DNA of 64,000 bases from the human T2T-CHM13v2.0 reference genome, Homo sapiens. The position numbers and the translations under genes were made by a program. The stretch is from NCBI RefSeq assembly GCF_009914755.1, contig NC_060931.1. One strand, 5' to 3'. How positions within the stretch are numbered: the first letter of the stretch is position 1; the number at the start of each line of letters is the position of its first letter. The notes beneath the pieces were generated by a model, which was given only the letters and a program-made list of their open reading frames with translations, had not been told where the DNA came from and did not search any database. This document shows, piece by piece, positions 17,462 to 34,669 of the stretch.

Positions 17462-17950
17462 TAATTTAATTTAATTTTTTATTAATTATTTATTTAGAGA
17501 TGGTGTCTCACTCTGTTGCCCAGGCTGGAGTGCAATGGCGCGATCTTGACTCACTGAAACCTTCACCTCCCGGGTTCGAGCCTCAGCCTCCCAAGTAACT
17601 GGGACTACAGGCACACACAACCATGCCTGGCTAATTTTTGTATTTTTAGTAAAGACAGGGTTTCGCCATGTTGGCTAGGCTGGTCTCAAACTCCTGACCT
17701 CAGGTGACCCGCCCGCCTCGGCCTCCCAAAGTGCTGGTATTACAGGCGTGAGCCACTGCGCCTGGCCAATTTTTTAATTTTTTAATAGCGATGGGACTAT
17801 ATTGCCCAGGGTGGTCTCCAACTCCTAGCCTCAAGTATTCTCCTGCCCCAGCCTCCTGAAGTGCTGGGATTACAGGCATGAGCCACTGCAACCAGCATGA
17901 GAGAGTTGTTTTTTGTTTGTTTTGTTTTTGTTTTTGTGGGGTTTTTTTGA

Positions 17951-18157
<207 letters not shown>

Positions 18158-18642
18158 TGACCTCAAGTGATCCACCCACCTCAGCCTCTGAAAGTGCTAG
18201 GATTGCAGACATGAGCTACCGTCCCTGACCATGAGAGCATTCTTAATGAGGTAGCCAGAGAAGGCTTCCTGGAGGAGGTGGCATTTGAGCAGATCTGAAT
18301 GGATAAATGAACGTTTGATGGGTGAGAAAGGATAAGGGCATTCCAAGTTATCCACATTCCACAAGCATAGGCTCAGAAGCTGGAAAATGCAGGTCCATCC
18401 AAGGAATGTGAAATGAGCATTCCAATTCCACACAACACTAGGTCCGCAGGAAAAGCCATGCACTCATGCCACCTCAAATATCAGGGCTGCTAAACCCACA
18501 GGGCTTCCCATTCTCCCCATGCTAAGCTCCTGCCTCCAAAGCCCCGTGAAAACTACCTCCAACCCCTAAATTATTCACAGTTCATCTTCCTCTTCCCCTG
18601 GCCTGCATTGCTCACTCTCTGTCTGGCCTAGCATCCCTCTCA

Positions 18643-19083
<441 letters not shown>

Positions 19084-19308
19084 TCACCTACTAAACACTC
19101 AGCCTGATGCTGTTCTTGCCAGGAGCCTGGGTCAGGCTGCCTTGATTAGACTGACTGATGAGAATCCCCTGGAATGATCTGCTTCCGTGTCATGCGGGGT
19201 GCCCCACCCTGCACACAGAACCCTTGGAAATCTTGTCTACTCTGGTCTAGAAGCTTCCAGAATAGCATCTTGTCCAAAGCAGATGCTCAAGCAACTTTTG
19301 CCTGCTGA

Positions 19309-19581
<273 letters not shown>

Positions 19582-19793
19582 TAAGAAACATCTGGACATG
19601 TGAAGGGAGAGAAGAGAACCCTGAAAGAACCACATGGGCAAAGATCTGGGGGCTGGAAAATAGGCCACGTCATACACAGAGGGCTTCTCAACAGGAGGGA
19701 TCCCTCCCAACCTTTGTCTCCATGCCCATGGTAATACAGCCCCAAAAGGCAGGTCCTCCCTCCCTGGGACCTCAAGAATTGAGCTGAGGGCTA

Positions 19794-20067
<274 letters not shown>

Positions 20068-20126
20068 CTAAAAAATGCAAATAAAGGCCAGACGCAGTGG
20101 CTCACACCTGTAATCTCAGCACTTTA

Positions 20127-20483
<357 letters not shown>

Positions 20484-20571
20484 TCACAGAGCAGAACAGA
20501 CTTGGGGTCATCGTGAAGGGGGATGTGCAGAGCCCACGGGGCACCCCCAGTGCGCTCTGGAGCTCACTTAC

Positions 20572-20656
20572 CTCCCCAGGAAGTTCAAGGTCACGGTCAT
20601 CTTTTGGAAGGTCTGAATTAGGGTGGGCCCCAACACTTGGATGCCTCGAAGGGTTT
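20572..20656 (-). CDS. TMEM130: TMEM130 coding exon 5 ([29 protein letters not shown])
   Basis: Acceptor ttacag|AA, donor AG|gtaagt; 85 nt; not in the ORF track, found by reading the sequence. Confidence 0.95.
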
Positions 20657-21348
20657 CTGTAAGGCAGAGAGAACCCCGTTAGACCTGGTGGCTAAGGATT
20701 GCTGTCGAGGCTCCCAGGGCACAGGGTGGTGCGACTGCCACCCTGTCCTCCCCTCCGTCCCTCTCCTAAGAGCAGGCCACAGGTCTGTGCGGGGTTCCTC
20801 TGGGTCCTGCCCTCCCCTGTCAGTGGCAGGTGCTGAAGCCTGCTCAGAGGGAGGAAAGTAGGAAAGGCAGGCAAACACACAATTGTCCTGCCCATTGCCA
20901 AGTCATCGTCTGTGTCACACAGGAGAGCACCATCCCGTCAGCAAGAACCAAGACATCTTCTGCAGCTGCCCAAGGGCTCCCTCTCACCAAAGCCAGGGAG
21001 AGATAGAGACCCTCCCACCCCAGGGTGAGCCTCGGTGGGAGGCCGATGGGGCCGGGGAACAGGGAATGGCATGGACTGGCCAATTCACAGCAGACACCTG
21101 GTCACCGGCTCAGGCTCTGGGAGCAGGCAGCCCGGGGCACAAGGGCCGCTCAGCCACTGCACAGCCACATGATCCCATCCGTGGCCTGCAGCGCTCTGTC
21201 TGAAGCAGGGTTAATGATAGACGCTCCTCAGAGGTCTGTGGGGCTCCAGAAGACAGGGCGTGAGTCCAGCCCAGAGCCACTGTGATCTGTGCGTACGGTG
21301 ACCCCACTCTGGAACGCCCAGACTGCATCAGCCTGCCTGGACACCCAC

Positions 21349-21515
21349 CCTGCAGCTTCAGCGAGGCGGAGAAGTCCCCGGTCTTCTGCTTCACAGCCCT
21401 CGTGGCATCCGGCTCCACCTCTTCCCACTCCGCCACCACTTTGAGCTTCACGGTGAAGGTCCCGATGATGGAATAGTTATAATAGACCACGGAGTCTTCA
21501 GTCACCATCTGGGTC
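21349..21515 (-). CDS. TMEM130: TMEM130 coding exon 4 ([14 protein letters not shown]...SASLKLQ)
   Basis: Acceptor aacag|G, donor CAGG|gtgggt; 167 nt; in frame with neighbouring exons. Confidence 0.96.
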
Positions 21516-22977
21516 CTGTTAGGAGACAGGGAGGAGAGAGGAGGAAGACAGCAGACGGTTGCTTCCCCTTCCTGTAACTCAGAAGTGATTCATGGGACTT
21601 GCCAGAGTCAGGGGAGGCTGTACAGTGATACTCCCAGCTACCAGTGAGCACACCTGTCATCACAGCCTAGAGCCAGCCAGGGCTCCAGGTCAGCTGGCCC
21701 ATTTTCCAGATGAGCAAACCGAGGCCAGAGAAGGCCTAAAATTCAGGAAAATTACAAATTTCTCACATTAGCCAAAGTTCAAGGGCTCAACAGCCCCACG
21801 TGGTGAAGACAGAAGAATTTTTTGTCAAAAATTTTTTGTTTTTGTTGTTTTTGTTTTTTGAGACAGGGTCTCACTCTGTCACCCAGTGGCACAATCATGG
21901 CTCACTGCAGCCTTGAATTCCTGGGCTTGAGCAGTCCACCTGTGTCAGCCTCCCAAGTAGCAGGGATCACAGGCGTGTACCACTGTGCCAGGCTAATACA
22001 TGATTTTTTGTAGAGACAAGGTCTTACTATGTTGCCCAGGCTGGTCTTGAACTCCTGCGCTCAAGTGATCCTCTGACCTCAGCCTCCTAAAGTGCTGGGA
22101 TTATAGGCATGAGCCACTGTGCCAGCCAAGCCGAGGGTTCTGTTGGACAAAGCTGCCATCCAGATTTTTCAAGTAAATGGTCTTTCCTGCAAATTGTCTG
22201 CTTTCCAATATTTATACTGTACTTTTTATCTCTCTCTCCCTTTTTTTTTTATTTTTTATTTTCCTTTTTAGAGATAAGGTTCTGCTCTGTTGCCCTGGCT
22301 GGAGTGCTGTGGTGCAATCATAGCTCACTGCAGTCTCTGAACTCTTAGGCTCAAGCAGTCCTCCCACCTCAGCCTCCCGAGTAGCTGGGACTACAGGCAC
22401 GTGCCACCATCCCTGGCTAATTTTTGTATTCTTTGTAGAGACGAGGTATCACTATGTTACCCACCCTAGTCTCGAATTCCTGGGCTCAAGCTTTCCCCAC
22501 CCTCTTGGCCTCTCAAAGCACTGGAATGACAGGTGTGAGCCACCATAGGCCCGCACTTATTTTCTTGACTTTCCTAAGTAAGTTAGAACTTTCAGGATAA
22601 TATCGATGGACCCTGATAAGGAGCACCCTTGTCTTATTCCTGCATCTAGAGCCAGGTTCCCCCAGCATCTCAATGCAACGATTCCCCAGAGGTATTTGAC
22701 CACAGGTCACTTTTGTCACCAAGAGTTAGAGAATCCACATTCCACGTTTTGCCAGGCACGATGGCTCACCCCTGTAATACCAACACTTTGGGAAGCCAAG
22801 GTGGGAGGACTGCTTGAGCCCAGAAGTTCGAGACCAGCCTGGGCAATTTGGCAAAACCCTGTCTCTACAAAAAATACAAAAATTAGCCAGTCGTAATGTT
22901 ACAGGCCTGTGGTTCCAGCTATTCAAGAGGCTGAGGTGGGAGGATCACTTGAGGCCAGGAGGCGGAGGTTGCAGTGA

Positions 22978-23427
<450 letters not shown>

Positions 23428-23537
23428 TAGTTCCAGCAACTTCTTTTTCTAGTTTATTTATATTACATTGAATGTTCATTTCTGTATAATGTTAGTTGTT
23501 AGTTCCAGCAACTTCTTTTTCTAGTTTATTGATATTA

Positions 23538-23732
<195 letters not shown>

Positions 23733-23879
23733 TCAGATGTGGTGGTACATGCCTGTGGTCCCAGCTACTCGAGAGGTCGAGGCAAGAGGATTCCTTGAAC
23801 ACAGGAGATTGAGGCTGCAGTGAGTCAGATTTGTGCCACTGCACTCTAGCCTGGGTGACAGAGCAAGACCTTGTCTCTA

Positions 23880-24032
<153 letters not shown>

Positions 24033-24265
24033 TTAAAATTAGCTGGGTGTAGTGGTGCATGCCTGTAATCCCAGCCACTCAGGAGGCAGAGGTGGGATGA
24101 GTGCTTGAGGCTGGGAGGTCAAGGCGGCAGTGATCTATAATCACACCACTGTACTCTAGCCTGAGTGTCTGACCACAGGTTGCTTTTGTCACCAAGAGTT
24201 AGGAAATCCACATTCTGAGTTTTGCTGGGCACAGTGGCTCACCCCTGTAATCCCAACACTTTGGG

Positions 24266-24480
24266 AGGAGGAAGGGAGGGAGGGAAGGGGAGGGGAGGGT
24301 AGGAAGGAAGACAGGGAGGGAGAGAGGGAGGGAGGGGAGAGGAGAGGAAGGGGGAAGGAAGGAAGGAAGGAAGAAAGGAAGGGAGAAAGAAGAAAGAAAA
24401 AAGAAAAAGGAAAGGAAAGAAAGGAAAGGAAGAAAAAGAAGGAAGAAAGGAAGGGAGGGAGGGAGGGAGGGAGGAAGGGA
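24266..24480 (+). repeat. Polypurine (GGAA/GGGA) tract
   Basis: Almost pure A/G sequence. Confidence 0.92.
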
Positions 24481-25514
24481 GTAGGGCCAAGCATGGTGGC
24501 TCCCACTTGTAACCCCAGCACTTAGGGAGGCAGAAGCAGGAGGATCACTTGAGCCCAGGAGTTCAAGACCAGCCTTGGCAACATAGCAAGACCCTGTTCT
24601 CCTCCACCAAAAAGGGGAAAAAAGACAAAAAGTTAAAAAGGAGCAATAAAGAGAAACGAAGCCAGAGCACCTGGGTTCTACCTCGTATCCACCAAGGGTT
24701 GGCTGGGTACCCTTCGAGGTCAAATGGGAAAAAATCTCATGTACCTTTACCTTCCTTAAATGGCTGTTTTGGGCACCAATGGCCTCCTCTATTAGGTGAA
24801 GACACCACAAAGGCAGGGCTAGTGGCTGATTCACCAGTGTTCTCCGGGACCCCCAGTCGTGGCAGAGAGGAGGTGCTTGAAGGATGTTTGAAAGGAGACA
24901 GGGTGAGCAGGGAAAGGAGAGGAGCTTCAGGTGGGTGCAGTGGTTCACACCTGTAGTCCCAGTATTTTGGGAGGCCAAGGTGGGAGGATCACTTGAGGTC
25001 AGGAGTTCAAGACCAGCCTGGCCAACATGGTGAAACCCAGTCTCTACTAAAAAATATAAATAAATTAATTAATTAATTAATTAATTAAATTTAATATGAA
25101 AATTAGCCAGGCATGGTGGCTCACACCTGTAATCCTAGCACTTTGGGAGGCCAAGACAGGCACATCACTTGAGGCCAGGAGTTTGAGACTAGCCTGGCCA
25201 ACATGGTGAAACCCCATCTCTACTAAAAAAAATAAAAATAAAAAAAATACAAAAATTAGCCAGGTGTGGTGGCGCAAGCCTGCAGTTCCAGTTACTGGGG
25301 AGGCTGAGGCAGGAGAATCACTTGAACCCAGGAGGAAGAGGTTGCAGTGAGCCAAGATGGTACTACTGCACTCCAGCCTGGATGACAGAACAAGACTGCA
25401 TCTCAAAAAAAAAAAAAAAATTAAAGGTGAAGAGATTCGGAGTACCCTGCACAGTGCGCGGGACAGTGGGGCACCAGTGACAGCTGTAGGGCCTGCAGAG
25501 GGGTAAGGACCTAC

Positions 25515-25674
25515 CCGTCCCCGAAGTCCCAGCTGTAGAGAAACAAGGCGGTCTTGAGGAAGTTGCTCGGGTCGTGGAGGAGGAAGGAGACTTTCAGGAC
25601 GGTCTTAGTGAGATAGGAGCTGGGCCAGGGTAGGGAAGTGTTCTGGGTGACAACAAGGTCCCCCACGAGGAACT
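25515..25674 (-). CDS. TMEM130: TMEM130 coding exon 3 (EFLVGDLVV...[11 protein letters not shown] signature)
   Basis: Acceptor cccag|AG, donor GG|gtagg; 160 nt; encodes the PKD-domain motif WDFGDG. Confidence 0.97.
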
Positions 25675-26061
25675 CTGGGAGAGAGAGAGACACGGGAGGG
25701 TGAGTCTTGGAGATTCAGGGATCAGGAAACCAGGTAGAGACTTCATGGGCAGCTGTCAAAGCCACCACTTCCCTGCCCGGACCTTCTGGCTGTCAGAGCT
25801 AGGCAGGGAGAGGGGACACCCCCCTACAACTCCCCAAAGACCCCTGAACACAGAGGCATCTGCACCCTCCCCCTGCTGCATGAACACTGCTGAACACCGG
25901 AGGACTCTGTCACATTCACTGTTTTCTCTCCTGTCCCCTCTCACAAGGACCCTGAACTTTCTGGCACAAAAGATGCCCAAGGTCAGAAGGAAATGCATGG
26001 CTGGGTGCGGTGGCTCACACCTGTAATCCCAGCACTTTGGGAGGCCGAGGTTGGTGGATCA

Positions 26062-26352
<291 letters not shown>

Positions 26353-26448
26353 TCAGGTGACCCTAGAAAAATTAGCAGTTCCAATGACCAGGCACGGTGG
26401 CTCACACCTATAATCCCAACACTTTGGGAGGCCAACACGGGCAGATCA

Positions 26449-26747
<299 letters not shown>

Positions 26748-27149
26748 CTAAAAAGAAAAAAAATTGGTGGGGCACGGTGGCTCACACCTGTAATCCCAGC
26801 ACTTTGGGAGACTGAGGTGGGCAGATCACTTGAGGCCAGGAGTTTGAGACCAGCCTGGCCAACATGGCGAAACCCTGTCTCTACTAAAAATACAAAAATT
26901 AGCTGGGTGTGGTGGCCAGCACCTGTAGTCCCAGCTACTTGGGAGGCAAAGGCACGAGAATCGCTTGAACTGGGAGGTGGAGGTTGCAGTGAGCCAAGAT
27001 CACAGCACCACTCCAGCCTGGGCAACAGAAGGAGACTCTGACTCAAAAATAGTAATAATAAATTAATTAAAATTAGTAAAAGTGGAAAGAAAAAGGCATG
27101 CTCAATAGAGCTCATTTGGAAAATGTTCAAACATAAAATAAGAAGAAAA

Positions 27150-27530
27150 GAAGCTAACTAACATTCACCTCAACCACTGTTGCCATTTTGAAGTATGACA
27201 AAGTATTTGCTTCAGTGTTTAATATACACATACATTAAATACAGATTATTGGGTTAGACAATTCTGTGCTTTGCTTTTTTAATATGTAATTTTACATGCA
27301 TGTGTATTTACCCATGGCCTTACAAACTCATTGTAAGGGTCACTGTTAATAGTGGTATAAATGATTTTATTATATTTAGCCAATCTCCTCATGGTTGCTC
27401 ACTTAGCTTGTTTATCTCTTCTTTTGCTATTATAAACACTATTGCAATGAACACCTTAATGCAAAAGGCATGACCCAAATGCAGGTTTATTTCCTGAAGA
27501 TAAATTCATTATTAGACTGGAAAGTCTAAA
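27150..27530 (-). mobile_element. Ancient L1ME-like fragment
   Basis: AT-rich; TTTTGCTATTATAAACACTATTGCAATGAACA motif typical of L1M 3' regions. Confidence 0.5.
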
Positions 27531-27556
27531 GGGGCAAAGGGGCATCTTCTCTTGGA

Positions 27557-27790
27557 ATGAGAGAGAGAGAGAGAGACAAAGAGACATAGAGACAGAGATA
27601 AAGAGACAGAGACAAAGAGACAGAGACAGAAAGAGACAAAGAGACAGAGACAGAGAACAGAAAGAGCAAGATAGAAAGGGAAAACAGAGAGAGAAGGGAC
27701 AGAGAGAGACAGAAAGAGACAGACAGAGATAGAACAGAGAGAAGGACAGAGAGAGACAGAAAAGAAAGGGGAGAAAGAGGGGAGAAAGAA
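27557..27790 (+). repeat. (GA)/(GACA)-rich simple repeat
   Basis: AGAGAC repeats. Confidence 0.9.
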
Positions 27791-27822
27791 CCAGTGAATG
27801 ACTGGCCCCAAGACTACAATAA

Positions 27823-28215
<393 letters not shown>

Positions 28216-28426
28216 TAGGCGTCCCTTTTAGCACAATACCTCCTGGGGGCAATCACTGCCATTTTCAGATCCTTTCTAACTCGACTGACCCGGGGAAGGA
28301 ACCTACGGGCCTAATCCCCCAGAACCTACGGGCCTAATCTGCATTGATCTGATTCCTAGCGAAGCTTGATGTTTTTCTCTGCACCAAGGGTTTGAAGGCA
28401 AACTAGCAAATGGGAGCGACCCTCAC

Positions 28427-28732
28427 CTGTGATGGGGAGGACCACAAAGCCCCTGGCCACAGGCTGGCACATCCAGCAGTCAGCGGCAGTGACCCAGACA
28501 GAGACCGGGAATTCCCCGGGCACGTGGCCGACAACACGGATGGTGGAGCTGAGACCCTTCTCCATCTTGCCAGTAAGCACCAGCGGGGTGTGGATCCAGT
28601 GGAAGCGGTAGAGGTGGGCGTCAGCGGGCAGGGCCAGGCTGCCGTTGTCCTTGGCCACCAGGCTGGCCGAGATGGTCACCACCGCTCCCGTGGTGGCAGG
28701 GCTATCGGTGGTGAGATTGAGTTCATACAGGC
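28427..28732 (-). CDS. TMEM130: TMEM130 coding exon 2 ([11 protein letters not shown]...GFVVLPIT)
   Basis: Acceptor ctag|GC, donor ACAG|gtgag; 306 nt; overlaps ORF 28356..28682. Confidence 0.97.
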
Positions 28733-28939
28733 CTAGGAGCCCAGAAACAAAGACTGTGTTTCAGAATGGTATGTGGCAAGGAGCCCCACAGCCACCTCTG
28801 GGCTGGCATCAACTATTCTATTTCCCAGGTGGAGAAACTGAGGCTCAGGCAGCTCAAGTGACTTGCCCAAGGGTCACTCAGCCAATTCGACATCAAACCT
28901 GGGTCCCACTGACTCCAAATCACAGTCTTTTCAGTCTTA

Positions 28940-29245
28940 TTTCCCCTTCCTTCCTTCCCTCCCTCCCTCCCTCCTTCTTCCTTCCCTCCTTCCTCCTTCC
29001 CTCCTTCCTTCCTCCTTCCCTGCTTCTCTTTCTTTTCTTCCTTCCTTTCTTTTTCTTTCCTTTCCTTCCTTTCTCTTTTCTTTTCTCTCTCCTTCCTTCC
29101 TTCCTCTCTCCCTCCCTCCTCTCTTTTTTCTTTCTTTCTCTTCTTTCTTTTTTTCTCCCTTCCTTCCTTCCTTTTCTTTCTTCTTCCTTCTTTCTTTCTT
29201 CCTTTCTTCCTCTCTCTCTCTCTCTCACTCTCTCTCTCTCCCTTT
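28940..29245 (+). repeat. Polypyrimidine (TTCC/TC) tract, extended tail of a minus-strand Alu
   Basis: Almost pure C/T sequence abutting an Alu 3' end at ~29250. Confidence 0.92.
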
Positions 29246-29705
29246 CGTTCTCTGGATCTCACTCTGTAACCCAGACTGGAGTACAATCATCACAGTTCGC
29301 TGCAGCCTCCACCTTCTAGGATCAAGAGATCTTCCTGCCTCAGCCTCCCAAATAACTGAAACTATAGGCACACACCACCACACCCAGCTAATTTTTTATT
29401 TTTTGTAGAGATGGGGGTCTATGTTGCCCAGGCTGCCCAAATTATATTTTGTTTTTCCTGCCAGCCGGGCAGGGCCTTGGTTAGTGGCTACTCTTCTGGA
29501 CAGGCCACACAGAGAACATTTCTACCATTCCCCAGAATTCTTTTGGTTTTGTTTTGAGACAAGATCTCCCTCTGTCATCCAGGCTGGGGTGTAGTGGCAT
29601 GATCATAGCTCACTGCAGCCTCAAACTCCTGGGCTCAAGTGATCCTCCCACCTCAGCCTGCCAAGTAGCTGTGACTTGTAGGTCCAAGTCACCACGCTTG
29701 GCTGA

Positions 29706-30050
<345 letters not shown>

Positions 30051-30125
30051 TGAAACCCTGTCTCCACTAAAAATACAAAAAATTAGCTGGGTGTGGTGGT
30101 GCATGACTGTAATCCCAGCTACTCA

Positions 30126-30230
<105 letters not shown>

Positions 30231-30623
30231 TCAAAAACAAAAGAAAACAAACAATAAAAACACTTCCCTGTACCTCTCACCCCCTCAGCTCTTTCCCAAC
30301 AGCTGAGTCCACTGTTGTCACAACTCCATGTGGAAATGAAAGTTTCTTTGCCTTTCCTGCTATGCTTCAAACTCGTTTAGAGCAGGGGTCATTTCCATCA
30401 TCCCTGTGACCAGCACAACGCTTGGCACATAGCAGGTGTTTGGTACTGCTGTTGCCAAGGGGCACCCGGAGAGCAGGTGCAGCAGAGGGACCAGCCCACC
30501 TGGCCCTGCCCCAGGAGACTGTTCACCCAGGTGGCACTGACTGAGTCCCTTCCATGGACCCCATCCCTACCGTGTTGGGAGGATCCAGAAATACAGAACA
30601 AGCCCCTCCCTGGAGGGACCTCA

Positions 30624-30965
<342 letters not shown>

Positions 30966-31361
30966 CTATTTGACCTTGTGGTTTTCAACTATTTCAACTA
31001 TTTTACCTTGTTTTTCTTTCACAAATTTTCATTAGATCCCTTACCCTCTCTCTGCCACTCTATTATGAGGGGGGAGGGGGATGAAAACTGTTGGATAATA
31101 TTCAACCCCGTTAGCTGCCCACGTCCCACCTGTCCCTCAACAAGTCTCCAATCTGGGTCCTTTTATGGTTCCCAAAATGTGGCAGAAAGGTGGGTGCTGG
31201 CCTTCTGGCGATGGGGATGTGGGGACAGTAGATGCACGACCGAGTGGGCACAAGGTCCCCCCACAAGTCCCCCCAGGAACCTGTCAGCTCCAGGTCCATT
31301 TTGGGAAATCACTCCTGGAAGAAATAGCAGCCTGGCCTCCTGGGCTCTAAAATTGCATCTC

Positions 31362-31667
<306 letters not shown>

Positions 31668-33271
31668 TAAAATCATATCTCCCCAAAGCCAGCACCAACA
31701 GGGTGGAAAACCCCTCTAGATGAGGCAACATTTTAAAGTAAAAATGCTGCCCATCCCGTGTTCCCTGGGGGCTGGGGGTTGTGGCACGATGACTGACCCT
31801 GATACATCCCCATGTCCCTGCCTCGTCCTCCCCTCCCTTAGCAGGTACATGGTCCCCAGACATCTGACGGATGCGTGGGCCACCCTCGTGTGGTTTCCAG
31901 GGCAGGGCCAGCCCGGGGAGTAGAAGCAGGAATCGAGGGGGCAAGGGAAGCCCCTTCTAGTGCCCAGGCAACTCTGAGATTATTTTTTTCAGACGCATCT
32001 CATTCACTTCAAAGCAACATCACCTGTCCCTGTGGGGGACTCCAGCTCCGACCTTTCCTCAGGCCCACCTCACACGTTCGCTGCTTTGGCCCACATCACG
32101 TATTTCCTTTTTTTTCAGAGCCATTTCTTAAATTATAAAGGCATTTGAGGCCGGGCCCAGTCAGCTCACACCTGTAATCACAGCGCTTTGAAGCCAGAGG
32201 GTCACTTGAGCCCAGGAGTTTTAGATCAGCCTGAACAACACAGCGACACCCATTCTCTACAAAAAAAAAAATTTAAAAATTAGCCAGGCATGGTAGCGTG
32301 CACCTGTTGCCCCAGCTACTTGGAAGGCTGAGGCAGGAGGATCTCTTGAGCCCAGGGGTTTGAAGTTGCAGTGAGCTATGATGGCGCCCCTGCCCTTCAG
32401 CCTGGGCAACAAAGTGAGAGACCCTTTCTACAAAAATAAATAAATAAAAATCAAGTCATTTGAGTCAAGATGCCGAGAGCTGGTCACTTCCAAGGGAATG
32501 CTGGCATTGAAAAGGGGACCTGCAGTGTCTTAACCCCAAAGAGGGAAATCCAGAAGCTGTGATGGGAGCTTTTCCACGCAAACAGAGTGGGTATATGATA
32601 TTGAGGGACCTGAAGCCCGCATGGGTCACTGCTGCTGCCTGAGGCCACCCAACCAGTCTGTACTACCCTGGTTGGGCTTTGCTCTCCCTCCCCACTTTGG
32701 CTGGGAGGCAGCATTTGGCCAGGCTGTGGACAGAGAGGTGCATGGATGAGAGACCACCTCCTCCCTTATCCCCCTAACTCCTGGCACCCCTCTCCTCCCC
32801 ATCCCCTCCCTGCCACCCCAGCTGAGAAGCGTGGGCCTGAGCGAGGCTGGCAGGTAGCAGGGACATTCGGCTGCATGCTAATGGCCAAACAGCATCTGCA
32901 GTGAGACAGACGCATGTTATCACGCAGATCGGTTGCCAGGGGAATGGATCAGGAGGGCAGCCAGCTGGGACTGGGAGGGGGGATGGGGGGCAGGGAGGGG
33001 CTGTGTCTGCTGCAGACATTGCTGCAGACACTGGCCCAGCTCATGGGAGCCCGCCGACTCCCCCACCACCACCTGCCAGCTCCAAGGACACTTTTTCTCA
33101 GTCTGTTTTTTCAAAATCAGGTGTGTCACAGCCCCTGGGTGATGCTGCCCCTGTTCCTCAGGGGTCTCAGGGATGGCCAGGACATCCAGGGTGGAAATGG
33201 ACCAGGAAGCCTTTGCCAAATGTGGCTGAAGGAACCAATCACAGGGCCTGGTGCTCTACCCACCAAATTCA

Positions 33272-33664
<393 letters not shown>

Positions 33665-34669
33665 TCACCCAGAGCTCAAGGGGCAAAAGCAAAAAGAGAT
33701 GGGGCACTCACCCCAAAGCTTGGCCCATGGAAGAAACACCTACCTTTTCCAGCAACACAGCATGTGCAGCCCTGAACATTCTAGAAAATGGCTACACCAG
33801 TCCTTTCACACAGAATATGCAGACTACCCAAAACACTTCCAAAGAGTACCTCTAAAGTCTGGATAACACAACCCAGAATTAATTAATAGTCCAGTACATG
33901 GACTTCTGACTTACAAATCCCTGATTCATGGACTCCAGAAAGGGGAAGGGTAGAAAAGTCTCCCCGACGGGTGAGGGAGAAGATGTTTCCCAACTCCACT
34001 CTTAGCCACTGTGATTTTGACCACATCAAGGGTGCAATTGGCTAGAATGGGAACCACACATGATTTCCAAATAATTAATTCACTTTTGTTATTATTTTCT
34101 TTTTCTTTTGCAATTTAGGACACATTGAAAATCTCTGACACAAATCAACCTGATGGACAAGAGACCCCTTTCCTGTATTTCCAGGAGGAAATAGGTAATC
34201 TTGTCCAAGTGCAATTCCCATAAAATTCGTCTAATTCATCCCTGAGTTGCAGGTTTTCTTTGACCTCATGGTTTTTCTTTCACAAATTTTCATTAGATCC
34301 CTTGCTCTCTCTCTCCACCGCTCTTTTATGAGGGGGGAGGGGGTGAAAAGTGGTGGATAGTATTCAACCTTCTTAGCTGCCCACGTCCCATCTGTCCCTC
34401 GAATAGTCTTAAATCTGGGTCCTTTTATGGTTCCCAAAATGTGGCAGAGAGGTGGGTGCTGGCTTTCTGGCGGTGGGGAAGTGGGGGCAGTAGACACACA
34501 ACCCTGCTTCCCCCACTCCCCCACCCACACACACACCCCAGGAACCTGTCAGCTCCGGGTCCATTTTGGAAATCACCACCAGAGAGGAAATGGCAGCCTG
34601 GCCTCCTGGGCTCTAAATTCGCATCTCCCCAAAGCCAGCACCAACACGGTGGGAAACCCCTCTAGATGA

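Noticed and set aside
28645-29408. Long F/L/S/P-rich and K/E/R/G-rich ORFs (also 24199-24978 and 27456-27893)
   Set aside because: Translations of polypyrimidine or polypurine simple repeats
31165-31350. Paralogous small ORFs MVPKMWQ.GGCW.SG (31165 and 34427) suggesting a micro-protein family
   Set aside because: By-product of the local duplication; frames diverge by indels and there is no sign of codon-level constraint
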